From contig CAWJSK010000001.1 in NCBI GenBank assembly GCA_963845535.1, forward strand, positions 1 through 64,000: 64,000 nt of DNA, in the 5' to 3' direction. Numbering within the stretch: position 1 is the stretch's first letter; each line of letters opens with the position of its first letter. The notes beneath the pieces are model-generated. The model saw nothing but the letters and a program-made list of their open reading frames with translations. It had not been told where the DNA came from and ran no database searches. The translations under genes and the position numbers were made by a program. Source of the DNA: an uncultured Spirochaetota bacterium. GTDB taxonomy: Bacteria > Spirochaetota > Spirochaetia > SZUA-6 > Fen-1364. This document shows positions 30,604-41,141 of the stretch, one piece after another.

Positions 30604-32691
30604 CTACTCACCCTCTGCAACGCGGACGGGGACGAGGTACGCATTCGAGTCCTGGACCTGTTTTCCGTCCTGCAGAACGCTGACATGGGACTGGGAGCCG
30701 GCGGAGGCCGCGAACTTCCCATCCGGCATGATGAGCGCCCAGCCCCCTTCCGGAAAGACGGAAAGCTCGGCAATGCTTTCCCCGTGCTCGGTGTCGACGA
30801 GGCTCACCGAGGAGTCGCGGTTGAGAGAGAACACAAGGCCGGCGCTGCAATACAACGCAACGGCGCCGCGAGCGGAGGCGGGGAGTTTTTGAAGCGACCC
30901 CTGCTTCCACTGTGAGATCTGCTGCCGTCCGAGGGTGGTGTAGAGCGTGCCCGTGGAGCCGTCGAAGCAGAGGCTTGCAAACAGGTGCTCGCCCGGAGTG
31001 CTTTCGACCTCGGACTGGGCCTGGAGGTCCGGGCCGGTATTCGCAAGGAGGTTCGTGGTTCCGTCAACATCCACACCAAGGGAGAACAAGGTGGAAGTCC
31101 GCGCGTCGTACAGGACGTCATAGGTGTAGCGGTTCGTCGTCGGGATGGGATCCGTTTCCCCCGTGTCCATGTTGATCTTCACGAGCGACCCCGCTGCGGT
31201 GTCCCCCGGCTGGCCTCCGACCACGACGGTGTTCCCGGTGGTGAAGGCGGCCCACATCGCCCCGGGACGCCACATCTGCGCCCGTGTGGCTCCGCTGGGA
31301 AGGTCGATGATCCGCAGGGTCCCGTCTCTTGCCAGGATGAGACAGCGACTCCCGTCCGAGACCGCTTCCATCACGGGGCCGCCCAGGGTTTCGGCGGGGC
31401 CGCCGCTTGGACGAAAGCCGCCGGTCCGCAGGTCGAGGATGCCATACGTTCCGGGACCGTCCCCGGTTGGCCAGACGAGCAGGGAGTCGTCATCAAGGAA
31501 CGTCAGATCCGCCGGCGCCTTGAACGGGTTGTCGACCTGAACGGACCCGATTGCTCCTGCGGTCGCGGCCCCGGCGCGCGCTGCATCGGGAAGCCCGGCG
31601 GTGAACACCTTGATCCACGAGCTGGTGGCGAGCGCGACAGAGTTGCCGCGAACCGCCATTCCCGTGACGAAGGCCCGTTCGTCCGCGGGGAAGCTCGACG
31701 CAGCTCCGTCCGCGCTCACGGCGGTGAGAGCTCCGCTGCCGGATCCGAGGGCCAAGGCGCCCGGGATGTAGCGGACTACGGAAACGCCTTGGGAAGCGGA
31801 GGCAGGCGGTTGATCAGCCGTTGGCGCCAGGGTCCCTGGCCCGATGCTCCACTGGGAAAGCGTGCCATTGTCTGCAAGGCACGTAATCTCATTCCCCGCC
31901 GGAGAGACGTCGAGCGACTTCACCCCGGAAAGGGGCGCGCGGGCCTGGACCCGGCCGCTTGCCACGTCAACCACGCACAGCTCGCTGTCCGTGCTTCCGA
32001 TGATGGAGCCCAGGTCGGAGGTGAGCCTGATGTGGGAAAGGAGGGGAACGGTCTGCAGGTCCTCCAGGAGCCGGCCCGAGCCGAGGTCCCAGTAGGAGAT
32101 TGCGCCGGTCAGCCGGTAGGACATGAGGATCTTTTCACTGCGGGAAAGCGTCGCAAACCCGACAATCCCGAACCCTTCGGGGTGAAAGGCCACGGGAGTG
32201 CCGTCGGAGGAGCTTACGATGCGCAGGCTTTCCCACCGGGGCAGCCCGTACAGGAGGTAACGACCGGAGGCGGAATACCTGAGAAAGAGCGGCTGGTCGG
32301 TGAGGGGGATTTTGAAGAGCTGTTCCTCCTTCTGCCAGTCCCAGACCTCCAGGGAAAAGCTCTGGAGCGTGTCGGTGCAGAGGACGGCGAACCTCGTGTC
32401 CGAAGGGCTTACGGCGACCATCCCGGCCTGGAGGCTCGTGACGGTAAGGCTCTTCACCAGGGATCGCGTTGCCGCGTTCCATATCCGCACCGTGCCGTCC
32501 GCGCCGGCGGTGAACAGGAGCCCTCGAGAGTCGTCATGGTCGATGGCGAGAACCGCCCCTCGGTGGCCCGAAACCACCACCGCCTCCGTGGACCCGTGGT
32601 CTGCCGCGCCTGCCCCCCATCCCGAGCCGGCCGGAACGAGCGCCAGGCACACAACGGCTGTGAGCAGGAAAAGGTTGCCCTTTCTCTTCAT
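30604..32691 (-). CDS. Secreted WD40/beta-propeller repeat protein
   Basis: Signal peptide; GHRGAV...TAGADGTVRIWN WD repeat; beta-rich throughout. Confidence 0.8.
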   Translation of the reverse strand: MKRKGNLFLLTAVVCLALVPAGSGWGAGAADHGSTEAVVVSGHRGAVLAIDHDDSRGLLFTAGADGTVRIWNAATRSLVKSLTVTSLQAGMVAVSPSDTRFAVLCTDTLQSFSLEVWDWQKEEQLFKIPLTDQPLFLRYSASGRYLLYGLPRWESLRIVSSSDGTPVAFHPEGFGIVGFATLSRSEKILMSYRLTGAISYWDLGSGRLLEDLQTVPLLSHIRLTSDLGSIIGSTDSELCVVDVASGRVQARAPLSGVKSLDVSPAGNEITCLADNGTLSQWSIGPGTLAPTADQPPASASQGVSVVRYIPGALALGSGSGALTAVSADGAASSFPADERAFVTGMAVRGNSVALATSSWIKVFTAGLPDAARAGAATAGAIGSVQVDNPFKAPADLTFLDDDSLLVWPTGDGPGTYGILDLRTGGFRPSGGPAETLGGPVMEAVSDGSRCLILARDGTLRIIDLPSGATRAQMWRPGAMWAAFTTGNTVVVGGQPGDTAAGSLVKINMDTGETDPIPTTNRYTYDVLYDARTSTLFSLGVDVDGTTNLLANTGPDLQAQSEVESTPGEHLFASLCFDGSTGTLYTTLGRQQISQWKQGSLQKLPASARGAVALYCSAGLVFSLNRDSSVSLVDTEHGESIAELSVFPEGGWALIMPDGKFAASAGSQSHVSVLQDGKQVQDSNAYLVPVRVAEGE

Positions 32692-32776
32692 ATCAGTGTG
32701 CACCGGATTCAAAAGGTACAACGGCGCGGCATGGCGGCGGGATCGTCGGAGGCATGATTCTCCTGTCGAATTAATT

Positions 32777-33163
32777 CTACCGGAACAGCTTGAAAAATCT
32801 TGCCAGCGCCGACTCGCGACGCTGGCCGCTGCCGTCCGGGGCGTCTTGCGGGGGTTCGGGCGCAGGCGTCTCCGCGGCCTGGTCCGCCTGCTCCTGAGCT
32901 ACCGCCAGCTTTCGCTCCCGCTCCTCGACGTCGCGGTGCCTCTGGGCAAGCCGTTCGCGCGAGCTTCGATGGATGTACTGGCCCACGTAGAGGAACAGGG
33001 AATAGACGACGCCGAGCACGAAGCTCAGCATTGCCACCGCCACGACGGGGATGTTCGCAAACTTCGCACCGAACAGGTTGACGGGCGTGGTGGGGCCGAG
33101 ATTCATGACGATCAGGACGGTGAGCAGAACGAGCAGGACGGCGCTGAAAATGACCCGACCCAT
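32777..33163 (-). CDS. LapA/DUF1049-like 2-TM membrane protein
   Basis: TM-N.....VNLF...P-TM pattern followed by a coiled-coil tail. Confidence 0.65.
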   Translation of the reverse strand: MGRVIFSAVLLVLLTVLIVMNLGPTTPVNLFGAKFANIPVVAVAMLSFVLGVVYSLFLYVGQYIHRSSRERLAQRHRDVEERERKLAVAQEQADQAAETPAPEPPQDAPDGSGQRRESALARFFKLFR

Positions 33164-33171
33164 GCGTGATC

Positions 33172-35773
33172 CTACTTGCGGCCGGCGAGAAACGCCTTGA
33201 GCTTGCCGTCTTCCAGGACCGTGTGGGTGAGCATCCAGTCTTTCAGAAAGTCCCTGACGTTCGCGTGATTGGTCTCCGCAAGGAGGCGCTTCTCGTCGTC
33301 CAGCCTCCTGATCTGCTCGAGCATTTTCTCATGCTCTTCCCGATGATGGTCCAGCCCCGGGAAGCGCCGTTTTTTCATGAGTGTCTCCTGCATCGCGAAG
33401 AGCCTGCTTCCTTCTTTTTCCACCTCGCTTTGAAGCTCGGCGCATGTCCCGCGCTTGCCGGAGCGCTCCATGCAGTCCGCGAGGTCCCGCACCACCTCGA
33501 ACAGGCGCTTCTGCCGTTCGTCCGTCCGCGCGCCCAGGGCATAGTCCTTTGTCCATTCCAGTTTCGCGTGCGTGCGAAACCAGGCAAGGCGCTTGCGGAA
33601 CGTCTCCACGAGCTTCCAGTGGACGATCGGGATCTCCCTGACCAGCTCGGCGGGGATGAGGAAATATGAGCATGCGCGGTCCGCCGTGGCCTCGAAGAGG
33701 CTCGGCGCCTTCTCCAATACCGCCGTCTCTCCCCAGAAATCTCCGGGGCCCAGGGACGCGAAGCGCTCGCTTCCCCGCTCGCCTCCCGAGGAAAGGGATA
33801 TCCTGCCCTTTTCCACGATTGCCAGCCCGGATTCCTCGTTGAGGCGGATGGAGTCCCCCGCGGCGGCGGTCTTTCTCACCATGGCGCGCGCTATCCGGTT
33901 GCCCACCGGAAATGACACCATTTCACCGAAGAGCCACGTGGATTGAAGGAACCTGCGATTCTCACGAAGCCGCTGGATGGTGTGACGAAGCCCGTTGCGC
34001 TCGACGAAGCCTTCATAAAGGTCGCGAGGAATCCGCAGCACCGTTACGAAGCTCCTGGCACGGTAGGTTCGCCGCGCCACGTCCCCCGTGAGGGCGCTCA
34101 TTTCGCCTATGAGCGCGCCGCTCGTCAGCATGAAGGAACGCGCGCCTCCCGTTTCAACGGAGTCGGCAACGCCGTCCAGGATCACATGCAGAGCGTCGAT
34201 CCTGGCGCCCTGCTTTCACGATTGTCGTCCCGGCTTTGAACGGGACCGTGGGGCATCTGGCAAGGAGCGCAATTTCACCGGGGGGCGCCTCGGGAAAGCA
34301 GGCGGAAAGGTACCGCTCGGCGGAAGGAAGCTCATGAAGGTCCTCGAGGGCAGGAAACAACGCGTCCTGGGAGCCGAACGGGGCGCTTGCCCCGATCTCC
34401 CTTTCTTTCGCGGAAAGGGGGCCCGTCTTGTGACTGAGGTATTTGACCACGGAAGAGTCTTCCCGGAAATCCTCCGCGCTTCCGTGGATCAATCCGCCCC
34501 CTGCGTCGATCTTCTTCACGTCCACGGGTGTAAGCAAGGCGGAGGTGTACGAATTGAAAAAGACCGGTGTGATGCTTCCCGAGCTCGTATCCGTGCCCAT
34601 CATGCGCGTGAGATTGGCGAAATCGATGATATCCGCAAGGTGCGCATACGTCCGAGACTGCCCGTCCCGCGACGCGCGGAAGAACATGATCGTCGTCTCC
34701 ACGGGATGCGGGGAGTAGACGGGTTTGACCTCCAGCCCGCCCACGTCGTTCCAGCGGCTGGGAGCCAGGTCGCACACCTCGAAATAGTTGCCGAACTCCC
34801 CGGGGCGCATTCCCATGAGCGCGCCGAGCTTCTTCTCCGCGCTCGAGCGAACATACGGCGTGGCGTAGTATTTCAGACGGCGGTCCATGGCAATGAGGGA
34901 CGTGAACCCGGCGAAATGGTCGTCATGGACGTGGGTCTGGAAGATTCCCTCCAGGTCGTTGACGTTGATGCCCAGGGCGACAAGCGATGCCCTGATGTTC
35001 GGCCCTGCATCCACAAGGTAGAGCTTCCCGCGGAAGCACACGATGCTCCCCATGCAGGGCTTGTCGACGTTCCAGCCGTCCCCCTCTCCCACGTGAATGA
35101 TGGAGAAATACTCGCGGCTGATGCGCGCAGGGTCGAGCGAATAGGACGGTCCATACTCTTCCCCGGCGCCGAGGTTGAGGTCCACCGTGACGGATTTGCC
35201 GCGGTGGCGTATTTCGAACCGGTTGATGCCGCGGCGGCGAATAGTGACACCAGGGGCGATCTCCGTGCTCTGCCTGCCGATGACCCGAATGTCCAGGAGC
35301 TCCTCGGTGGGGAGGATCCTGCCAAATGCGAAGTGCAGCTTGATCCGCATCATCTTCTGCGCCTCGTCTTCGGAGACCCCCGCCTGCAGGAGCTCCTCAC
35401 GGGAGGTCAGGCCGTAGTTGCCGCGGAAGATGTATTCACTCTGTGATCTCACCTGGTCTTCAGCTCCCAGGAGGAGGGGCCTGCGGCCCGTGTTGTTGGG
35501 ATGCCCCGGCAGGAACATCCCCTGGCGGTACAGCATCTGCAGGACGGGGAACTCGGCGAGATTGGCAATGCTTCCGTGCTGGATGGGCGTGTCGGAAAGG
35601 AGTATGGCGTTGGGTCCGGTCTCGATGGTAACGCCGTCCTTCCTGGCGCGGGAAATGAGACCCCGTTTCATGAGGTGCTTTACGCTGTCCGCGGGGCACC
35701 CGCATTGGATTCGCAGATCAGCCTCGGGAATAGACACCCATGACAGGCCGTTTGCGACGTTGATTTTTTGCAC
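33172..35773 (-). pseudogene. MBL-fold hydrolase + cyclic-nucleotide-binding domains + hemerythrin-like domain; split by one +1 frameshift near 34208-34210 (true pseudogene or assembly error)
   Basis: THVHDDH MBL motif; IGEMSAL and FWGETAV cNMP motifs; C-terminal W...H...H...W...H....D; removing one G gives continuous KAGARIDALHVILDG and 866 aa. Confidence 0.8.
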
Positions 35774-35848
35774 TTCTGACCCTCAGGGTAAATATATGCC
35801 AGACAACGGCGGATGTCATTGTTTCCTGAAGGGCTGGTGTGGGCCATC

Positions 35849-37081
35849 TCATTCGACCCAGGAGCCCAGCGCGCGGGCAATTGCCAACCGCGCCGCCCGA
35901 CGAGTGGGCAGGAGGCTGCCGATGAGCGCGCTGGCAAAGCTCACGGCGCTCGCCAGCAGGAAGTCGGTCAGCCGGTAGTCTCCCGTGAAGCGGTGGCCGA
36001 ACGGTATGGGCATTTCCAGGGACGTGCTGGAGAAGTCGATGCCGACGGTGGACATGTACCATGCGAAAATGCCCCCGAGGAGGCACCCCGCCACGGCGGC
36101 AGCCAGCGCAACGAAGGCCGCTTCGACGAGGAAGAGCAGTGAGAGCTGTGAGCGTCGGATCCCGATGGCCCGCAGCGTCCCGATCTCCCGCGTCCTCTCG
36201 CGGACCGACATCGACATCGAATTGATGATCCCAATGACGACAAGCAGAAAAATCACGGTGAAGATGATCCAGAATCCGCCGATATCGGCGGATGTCGCGG
36301 ACACGATCACCTGGGCGAACCTTCGCCATGAGTAGGCTCTGGCGCCCGTTCCGCGCACACCTTTGCTGATGGAGGCGAGGCCATCGCGCTCGGAGACCCC
36401 GTCTTTCAAGCGCACGACGAGGCGTGTGGCCGCGCCCGGGATGCCAAGGAGCTGGCGGGCTGTGGCGAGGTCCACGAAAATGACATTTTCGTCCATGGAG
36501 GGCAGGCCAAAACGGAAAGTACCGGTAACGGGAACCTCGACATAATTCTCCACCGAATACCGGTCCGTCGCCGAAAGCGCGACGAGTTGCCCGACTTTCA
36601 CGCGCAGCTTTCCTGCAAGAGGGTCTCCCAGGAGCAGACCTTCTTTTCCGGGGCTGAGCCAGGAGCCCTGCAGGATGAACTCCGGCGCCGTCGTCACGCT
36701 GGCCTCCGCCGTGGGATCCACCGCCCTGCCGAGGACCCGGACCGAGCCCGCCCTCGTGCCGACGGTGGCACTGAAGTCGATGCGCGGGGCCACGGCTTTG
36801 ACCAGGGGATTGCCGGCAAGGCTACGGACCATGGACTGCGAATCCGAAATGGCAAGGTCGAGGGGAAGGCGTCGCTCCTGGTCGAGGTAGCCGTTTCGGA
36901 GGACCTGCAGGTCGCCGGTTTCGAGCTTCCTCACTCCCCCGTAGATCGTCGAGTAGTATCCTCGGATCCATCCCATGCCTATGATCATGACAGCGACCCC
37001 CACCGCGAGCGCCGTGATGGAGAGCGCGCTTCGCCGGGGATTGCGCCTGACGTTGCGAAGCCCGATGGCAACAAGCCCCAT
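35849..37081 (-). CDS. ABC transporter permease (MacB/FtsX/LolE family)
   Basis: RNVRRNPRRS, SVRERTREIGTLRAIG, PTRRAARL. Confidence 0.9.
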   Translation of the reverse strand: MGLVAIGLRNVRRNPRRSALSITALAVGVAVMIIGMGWIRGYYSTIYGGVRKLETGDLQVLRNGYLDQERRLPLDLAISDSQSMVRSLAGNPLVKAVAPRIDFSATVGTRAGSVRVLGRAVDPTAEASVTTAPEFILQGSWLSPGKEGLLLGDPLAGKLRVKVGQLVALSATDRYSVENYVEVPVTGTFRFGLPSMDENVIFVDLATARQLLGIPGAATRLVVRLKDGVSERDGLASISKGVRGTGARAYSWRRFAQVIVSATSADIGGFWIIFTVIFLLVVIGIINSMSMSVRERTREIGTLRAIGIRRSQLSLLFLVEAAFVALAAAVAGCLLGGIFAWYMSTVGIDFSSTSLEMPIPFGHRFTGDYRLTDFLLASAVSFASALIGSLLPTRRAARLAIARALGSWVE

Positions 37082-37082
37082 T

Positions 37083-38306
37083 TCAGACTCCTTGCTCCAG
37101 GGACTCAAGCAACCGGATGCGCACGCTCACGAACGCGCCGTACATGTAGCCGAGCGCGGCTATGAAGATGCCGGCGCCGAAGACGGTGAGTGCGCTCCGC
37201 GCAGTCACAACGAAGTGATAGGACGTGGAGGTGCCCAGCACCTGGGAAAAGGCGCCCACATCCAGGCCGTGGACTTGCAGATACCCGACGAGGGGGAGTC
37301 CCGCGGCCATTCCGAGCACACTGCCAAGGAGACCCAGGAGAAGTCCTTCCTCCAGGAGCATCCAGAAGAGTTGTCGACGCTTCAAGCCGATGGCCCGGAG
37401 AGTCCCGAAGGTCGGGATGCGCTCGAAGACCGTCATCAGGATGCTGCTTGTGATCACCGTGGCAGCCACCACCGCGATGATGATGTCGATCACCAGGGAG
37501 TAGATGTTCCCAAGGTTGATGAGCGTGACCAGTCCGCCCTGGATTTCCCGCCAGGTTTCGACGGTGGGTTTCTCATCCGAGAAAAGGGAAGTGATACTCT
37601 TTGCAACGCCCGGAGCCGCCTCTGGTTGGGTGAGGGTGATGCGGAGCTCAGAGGCGCTGTGGGGGAGGTCGAGCAGATTCTGCGCGTCCTTGAGCCCGAT
37701 GAAGAAGACACCCTCATCCGTTTGCTCGACTCCCGTGGAGAATATGCCTGTGACCGGATACGAGAGGTAATACGGGCTTCCGCTTGCGTCCTGGACCAGA
37801 ACCACAATGGGATCAGAAAGCGCAAGGCCGAGCAGCCGCGCAATGCTTTCTGAGACGGAAACGCCTCCGGCGGAAAGGAATGATCCCGCGCGCACGCTTT
37901 TGCGCACGTCGGCAAAGAAGCGAGTGTCCGGCTCCACCGCCTGCCCGACGATGGCCACGTTCTTGTCACCATGGACGAGGAGCGCGCCGAACTGGAGCAT
38001 CGGCTCGATGACCGCAAGGTGCGGTGCAATGGAGGCGTCACCCTTGATCTTGTCGATCATGTCCTGAGGGTTGTTCAGGACGTAGGCAAGGGAGTAAGGA
38101 TCAAGCCGATTCTGCCATCCGGATGCATGGATCTGCACGTGTCCCGTCCCCTGGAGGAGGTTTTCGAAGAACGATGAACGCAGGCCGCCCAGCATTCCTT
38201 CCACGAATATCATGACCACGACGGAGACGGCCACGGAGACGGCAATCACGGTGCTCCTGCGTCGATGGCTGAGAATGCTCAAGATGGCAAGACGCACAAA
38301 AAACAT
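37083..38306 (-). CDS. ABC transporter permease (MacB/FtsX/LolE family)
   Basis: GHVQIH, VFERIPTFGTLRAIG; 4-TM layout with a large periplasmic loop. Confidence 0.9.
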   Translation of the reverse strand: MFFVRLAILSILSHRRRSTVIAVSVAVSVVVMIFVEGMLGGLRSSFFENLLQGTGHVQIHASGWQNRLDPYSLAYVLNNPQDMIDKIKGDASIAPHLAVIEPMLQFGALLVHGDKNVAIVGQAVEPDTRFFADVRKSVRAGSFLSAGGVSVSESIARLLGLALSDPIVVLVQDASGSPYYLSYPVTGIFSTGVEQTDEGVFFIGLKDAQNLLDLPHSASELRITLTQPEAAPGVAKSITSLFSDEKPTVETWREIQGGLVTLINLGNIYSLVIDIIIAVVAATVITSSILMTVFERIPTFGTLRAIGLKRRQLFWMLLEEGLLLGLLGSVLGMAAGLPLVGYLQVHGLDVGAFSQVLGTSTSYHFVVTARSALTVFGAGIFIAALGYMYGAFVSVRIRLLESLEQGV

Positions 38307-38998
38307 CAGGACGCCTCCGCCGCGCCGGCAGTCTCAAGCTCACCGTCCTTGAGCCGGATGAGCCTGGTCGCGAAACTCAGAATCGCGGGGTTGTGCGTGG
38401 AGAAGATGAACGTCACTCCGTCACGCTCGTTGAGGCCCTTGATGACCTGAAGGACTTCATTGCCTGTCCTGCTGTCCAGGTTCGCGGTGGGCTCGTCCGC
38501 TATGACGAGATCGGGATGGTTCACCAGCGCCCGGGCAATTGCGACCCTTTGCCTCTGCCCGCCGGAAAGCTCGCCAGGCTTGTGTTTTCGAAACGGGGTC
38601 AGGCCGACCGTCTCGATGAGCTGGTCGGCAATTTCCCTTCTTTGGGCAGGGGAGACTCGCGCGAGCACCATGGGCAGCTCGACGTTCTCACGCACGGAAA
38701 GGACGGGAACGAGGTTGAATGTCTGGAAGATGAAGCCGATCCGGTGCAGCCTGAGGTCCGCCAGCCCAGAGTCCGACAATGATCCGACGTCCCGCCCGCC
38801 GAAGAGGACCCTGCCTTGCGTTGGCGCGTCGATGCAGCCCATCAGGTTGAGCAGCGTCGTCTTTCCGCATCCGGAAGGCCCCATGACGGAAAGAAGCTCT
38901 CCCGGTTCCACGGAAAGGGAGACTCCGCGGAGCGCGTGGATGATGGCGTCCCCAAGGGCGTAATCTTTTGCGGCGTTCTGAAGCTCGATCAAGGACAT
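38306..38998 (-). CDS. ABC transporter ATP-binding protein (LolD/MacB-like)
   Basis: GPSGCGKT, LSGGQRQR, IADEPT, STH. Confidence 0.95.
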   Translation of the reverse strand: MSLIELQNAAKDYALGDAIIHALRGVSLSVEPGELLSVMGPSGCGKTTLLNLMGCIDAPTQGRVLFGGRDVGSLSDSGLADLRLHRIGFIFQTFNLVPVLSVRENVELPMVLARVSPAQRREIADQLIETVGLTPFRKHKPGELSGGQRQRVAIARALVNHPDLVIADEPTANLDSRTGNEVLQVIKGLNERDGVTFIFSTHNPAILSFATRLIRLKDGELETAGAAEAS

Positions 38999-39008
38999 GT
39001 CCTCCCCC

Positions 39009-40352
39009 TTAGAAATGGACGATCATTCCTGCGCTGGCCGCAAGCCGCACCGGCAAGCTGCCGAACTCAGTGGTGCTGTCCTGTCCCCACGCGGTGATTG
39101 CGCGGGCAAACGCGTCTATTCCCTCCAGACCCGTGAAGCGAAGCTCGGCCTGGAGCGCCAGGCTCCAGTCCTGAAGATTGATGACGGCCGCGCTGTCCGC
39201 GGAGAAAAGCTTGTTCACCGAGGCGTTGATGGAAAGCGCCCCATAGTGCTGGCCGAGGGAAGGGATCACTTCCCCGCTGGAAAACCATGCGCCGCCGGCC
39301 ACGGAGCCCAGGAGCGCCCCTGATTGGTTCCCGGAGCCGTGCGCCGTGGACAGGGCGGAAAGGAGGTCATCAAGAAACCTGCCGGCTTCGGAAGGGCTGT
39401 AACCCGTGCTGTCATACAGATACTCGACAGTCGCCGTGACAGAGGCCGTGTCCGTGGAAGCTGCTCGCTGCAGCCCGATGGTGGCAATCGGAAAGGCGCT
39501 TCCGAACCCGGGGCTCGAATACGAGCCGTCCGGCTGGGGGTACAAGTCGCTGTTGGACAGCTCCACGGCAACGGCGCCGTCAAGGATGAACCCCAGGACG
39601 TCCACGGAAAAGTCGACAGTGGGCCGAAGCACTCTTTGCCACTGCCATGTCGCGCCGGCGTGCAGGTCGAGGTCCCCGAGGAAAGCTTCGACGTACAGGG
39701 CGTACCGCAGCTCCAGCCAGGGATTTTCCGCGGAGGGAAGGTAGGGAGCAAGAAACGGAAGCGATGGCGCAAGGCTCGTTTCCGTGGAGTAGGGCAGGCC
39801 CGGGAGCTCTGCAATGCCGGTAAAGGCCGTGTCCATGCGCACGCTTGCCGTGACGCTCAACGAGGCTGAGGGAGCAAGGGAAGCCGAGAAGCCGTAGAAG
39901 CCCTCCGAACGGTTCTGGGGATTCACCGGCGGATTGATCCTGTCACCGGGAAAGAAGGCGTACCCTGTTCCCCAGGAAATCCTCTGCTTGCCCAGGACGA
40001 GGGTCAGGGCGGGCAGGGGAGTCACGGCGACGTATGCCTGGAGCAGATCATTCTGCAGCGTCCCCCCGTCGGACCCCTGCCACCAGTACACGGAGTCCGC
40101 CACATACAGCTGACCGCTGTCGAAGGAAAGGCGCTCATTCAGGTCGAGCTGCGCCTGGCCGGTCAGGAGTTGAGAGCCCGCGCCCATTCCGATTGAGCTG
40201 GCTGTCACGGGGTCTGGCGCGGCAAGGAAATCCTGGCCGAAGATCTGCAGATCACCGAAGAGCATCTGCGTTTGTGCGGCCAAAGGGCGCGCGGCAAACA
40301 AGGTCATGAGAAGCAACGCGACCACGGTTGCTGTTGAAAAGAATCGCTTCAT
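39009..40352 (-). CDS. Putative outer-membrane beta-barrel protein
   Basis: Signal peptide, LGKQRISWGTG motif, C-terminal Phe. Confidence 0.7.
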   Translation of the reverse strand: MKRFFSTATVVALLLMTLFAARPLAAQTQMLFGDLQIFGQDFLAAPDPVTASSIGMGAGSQLLTGQAQLDLNERLSFDSGQLYVADSVYWWQGSDGGTLQNDLLQAYVAVTPLPALTLVLGKQRISWGTGYAFFPGDRINPPVNPQNRSEGFYGFSASLAPSASLSVTASVRMDTAFTGIAELPGLPYSTETSLAPSLPFLAPYLPSAENPWLELRYALYVEAFLGDLDLHAGATWQWQRVLRPTVDFSVDVLGFILDGAVAVELSNSDLYPQPDGSYSSPGFGSAFPIATIGLQRAASTDTASVTATVEYLYDSTGYSPSEAGRFLDDLLSALSTAHGSGNQSGALLGSVAGGAWFSSGEVIPSLGQHYGALSINASVNKLFSADSAAVINLQDWSLALQAELRFTGLEGIDAFARAITAWGQDSTTEFGSLPVRLAASAGMIVHF

Positions 40353-40373
40353 TGGGCATCCACCGCGCAGGCG

Positions 40374-41141
40374 CTATCTCGTGAGGGCCGCCAGGCTGAA
40401 GAGAGCGTCCGACAGGTCAGGCTTTTCCTCGAGGCTCGTTATGGTCATGACGGATTCGCGGTCAGGCTGATCGAGTGAGATCATGCGGATGACCGTGGGA
40501 CGTTCGCGTCCGGCCAATTCCCGGATGCCCGTGAAGAGAGCGCGCTTGAAGAGCAGGCCGGATTTCGCGTAATACTCCCCCTTCAGCAGCATGTCGTCAC
40601 TGGACCGGACCCAGAGCTTGATCTTCGAGTAGGCCACCGACTCATTGCGCGCCGTCCCTTCCAGCACGATCGTCGGCACGCTGCCCAGGTCTGGATGGTC
40701 GATAGTCTCCGTGCCCGCGAGGCGCATGACGTACTCAGTCGAATACTGCGGGTCCCCGATGTCGCGGTTGGAGAAGACGCTTCCCTGGAATGCGGCCTTC
40801 GGGGAGAGCCTGATTGCCTGGCTGGTGCCCGCTTGTGGGTTGAAAAGCCACAGCGCGTCTTCCTTCTGGAGAAAGCGCAGCCCGCGCGACCGGGCAGGCG
40901 CGAGCAGCTCGACGCGCGAGCCAATGCTCCTCTTGAAGGACACCGCCATTTCCATCCGAGGAGGACTCTCGCCGGATTGCAGGGTTTCGAGCGTGGCATG
41001 CATGACGAAGGCGTCAGGAAAGACGGATTGCTCCGCGCTCCGAACAACCTGATCCGCCGTGAGGGCCTGGGCCTCCGCCGGCTGCAGGCTTTCGGAGAAT
41101 ACAAGCCCAACGAGCGCGAAAGCGAAGGTGATCTTTCTCAT
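40374..41141 (-). CDS. Outer-membrane lipoprotein-sorting (LolA-like) protein
   Basis: Signal peptide; PARSRG..FL, FQGSVFSNRD, YSKIKLWV, EYYAKSG.LFK. Confidence 0.85.
   Translation of the reverse strand: MRKITFAFALVGLVFSESLQPAEAQALTADQVVRSAEQSVFPDAFVMHATLETLQSGESPPRMEMAVSFKRSIGSRVELLAPARSRGLRFLQKEDALWLFNPQAGTSQAIRLSPKAAFQGSVFSNRDIGDPQYSTEYVMRLAGTETIDHPDLGSVPTIVLEGTARNESVAYSKIKLWVRSSDDMLLKGEYYAKSGLLFKRALFTGIRELAGRERPTVIRMISLDQPDRESVMTITSLEEKPDLSDALFSLAALTR

Noticed and set aside
21840..34215. Programmed ribosomal frameshifting in trpB or the MBL gene
   Set aside because: No X XXY YYZ slippery site or stimulatory structure seen; single-base homopolymer insertions explain both more simply
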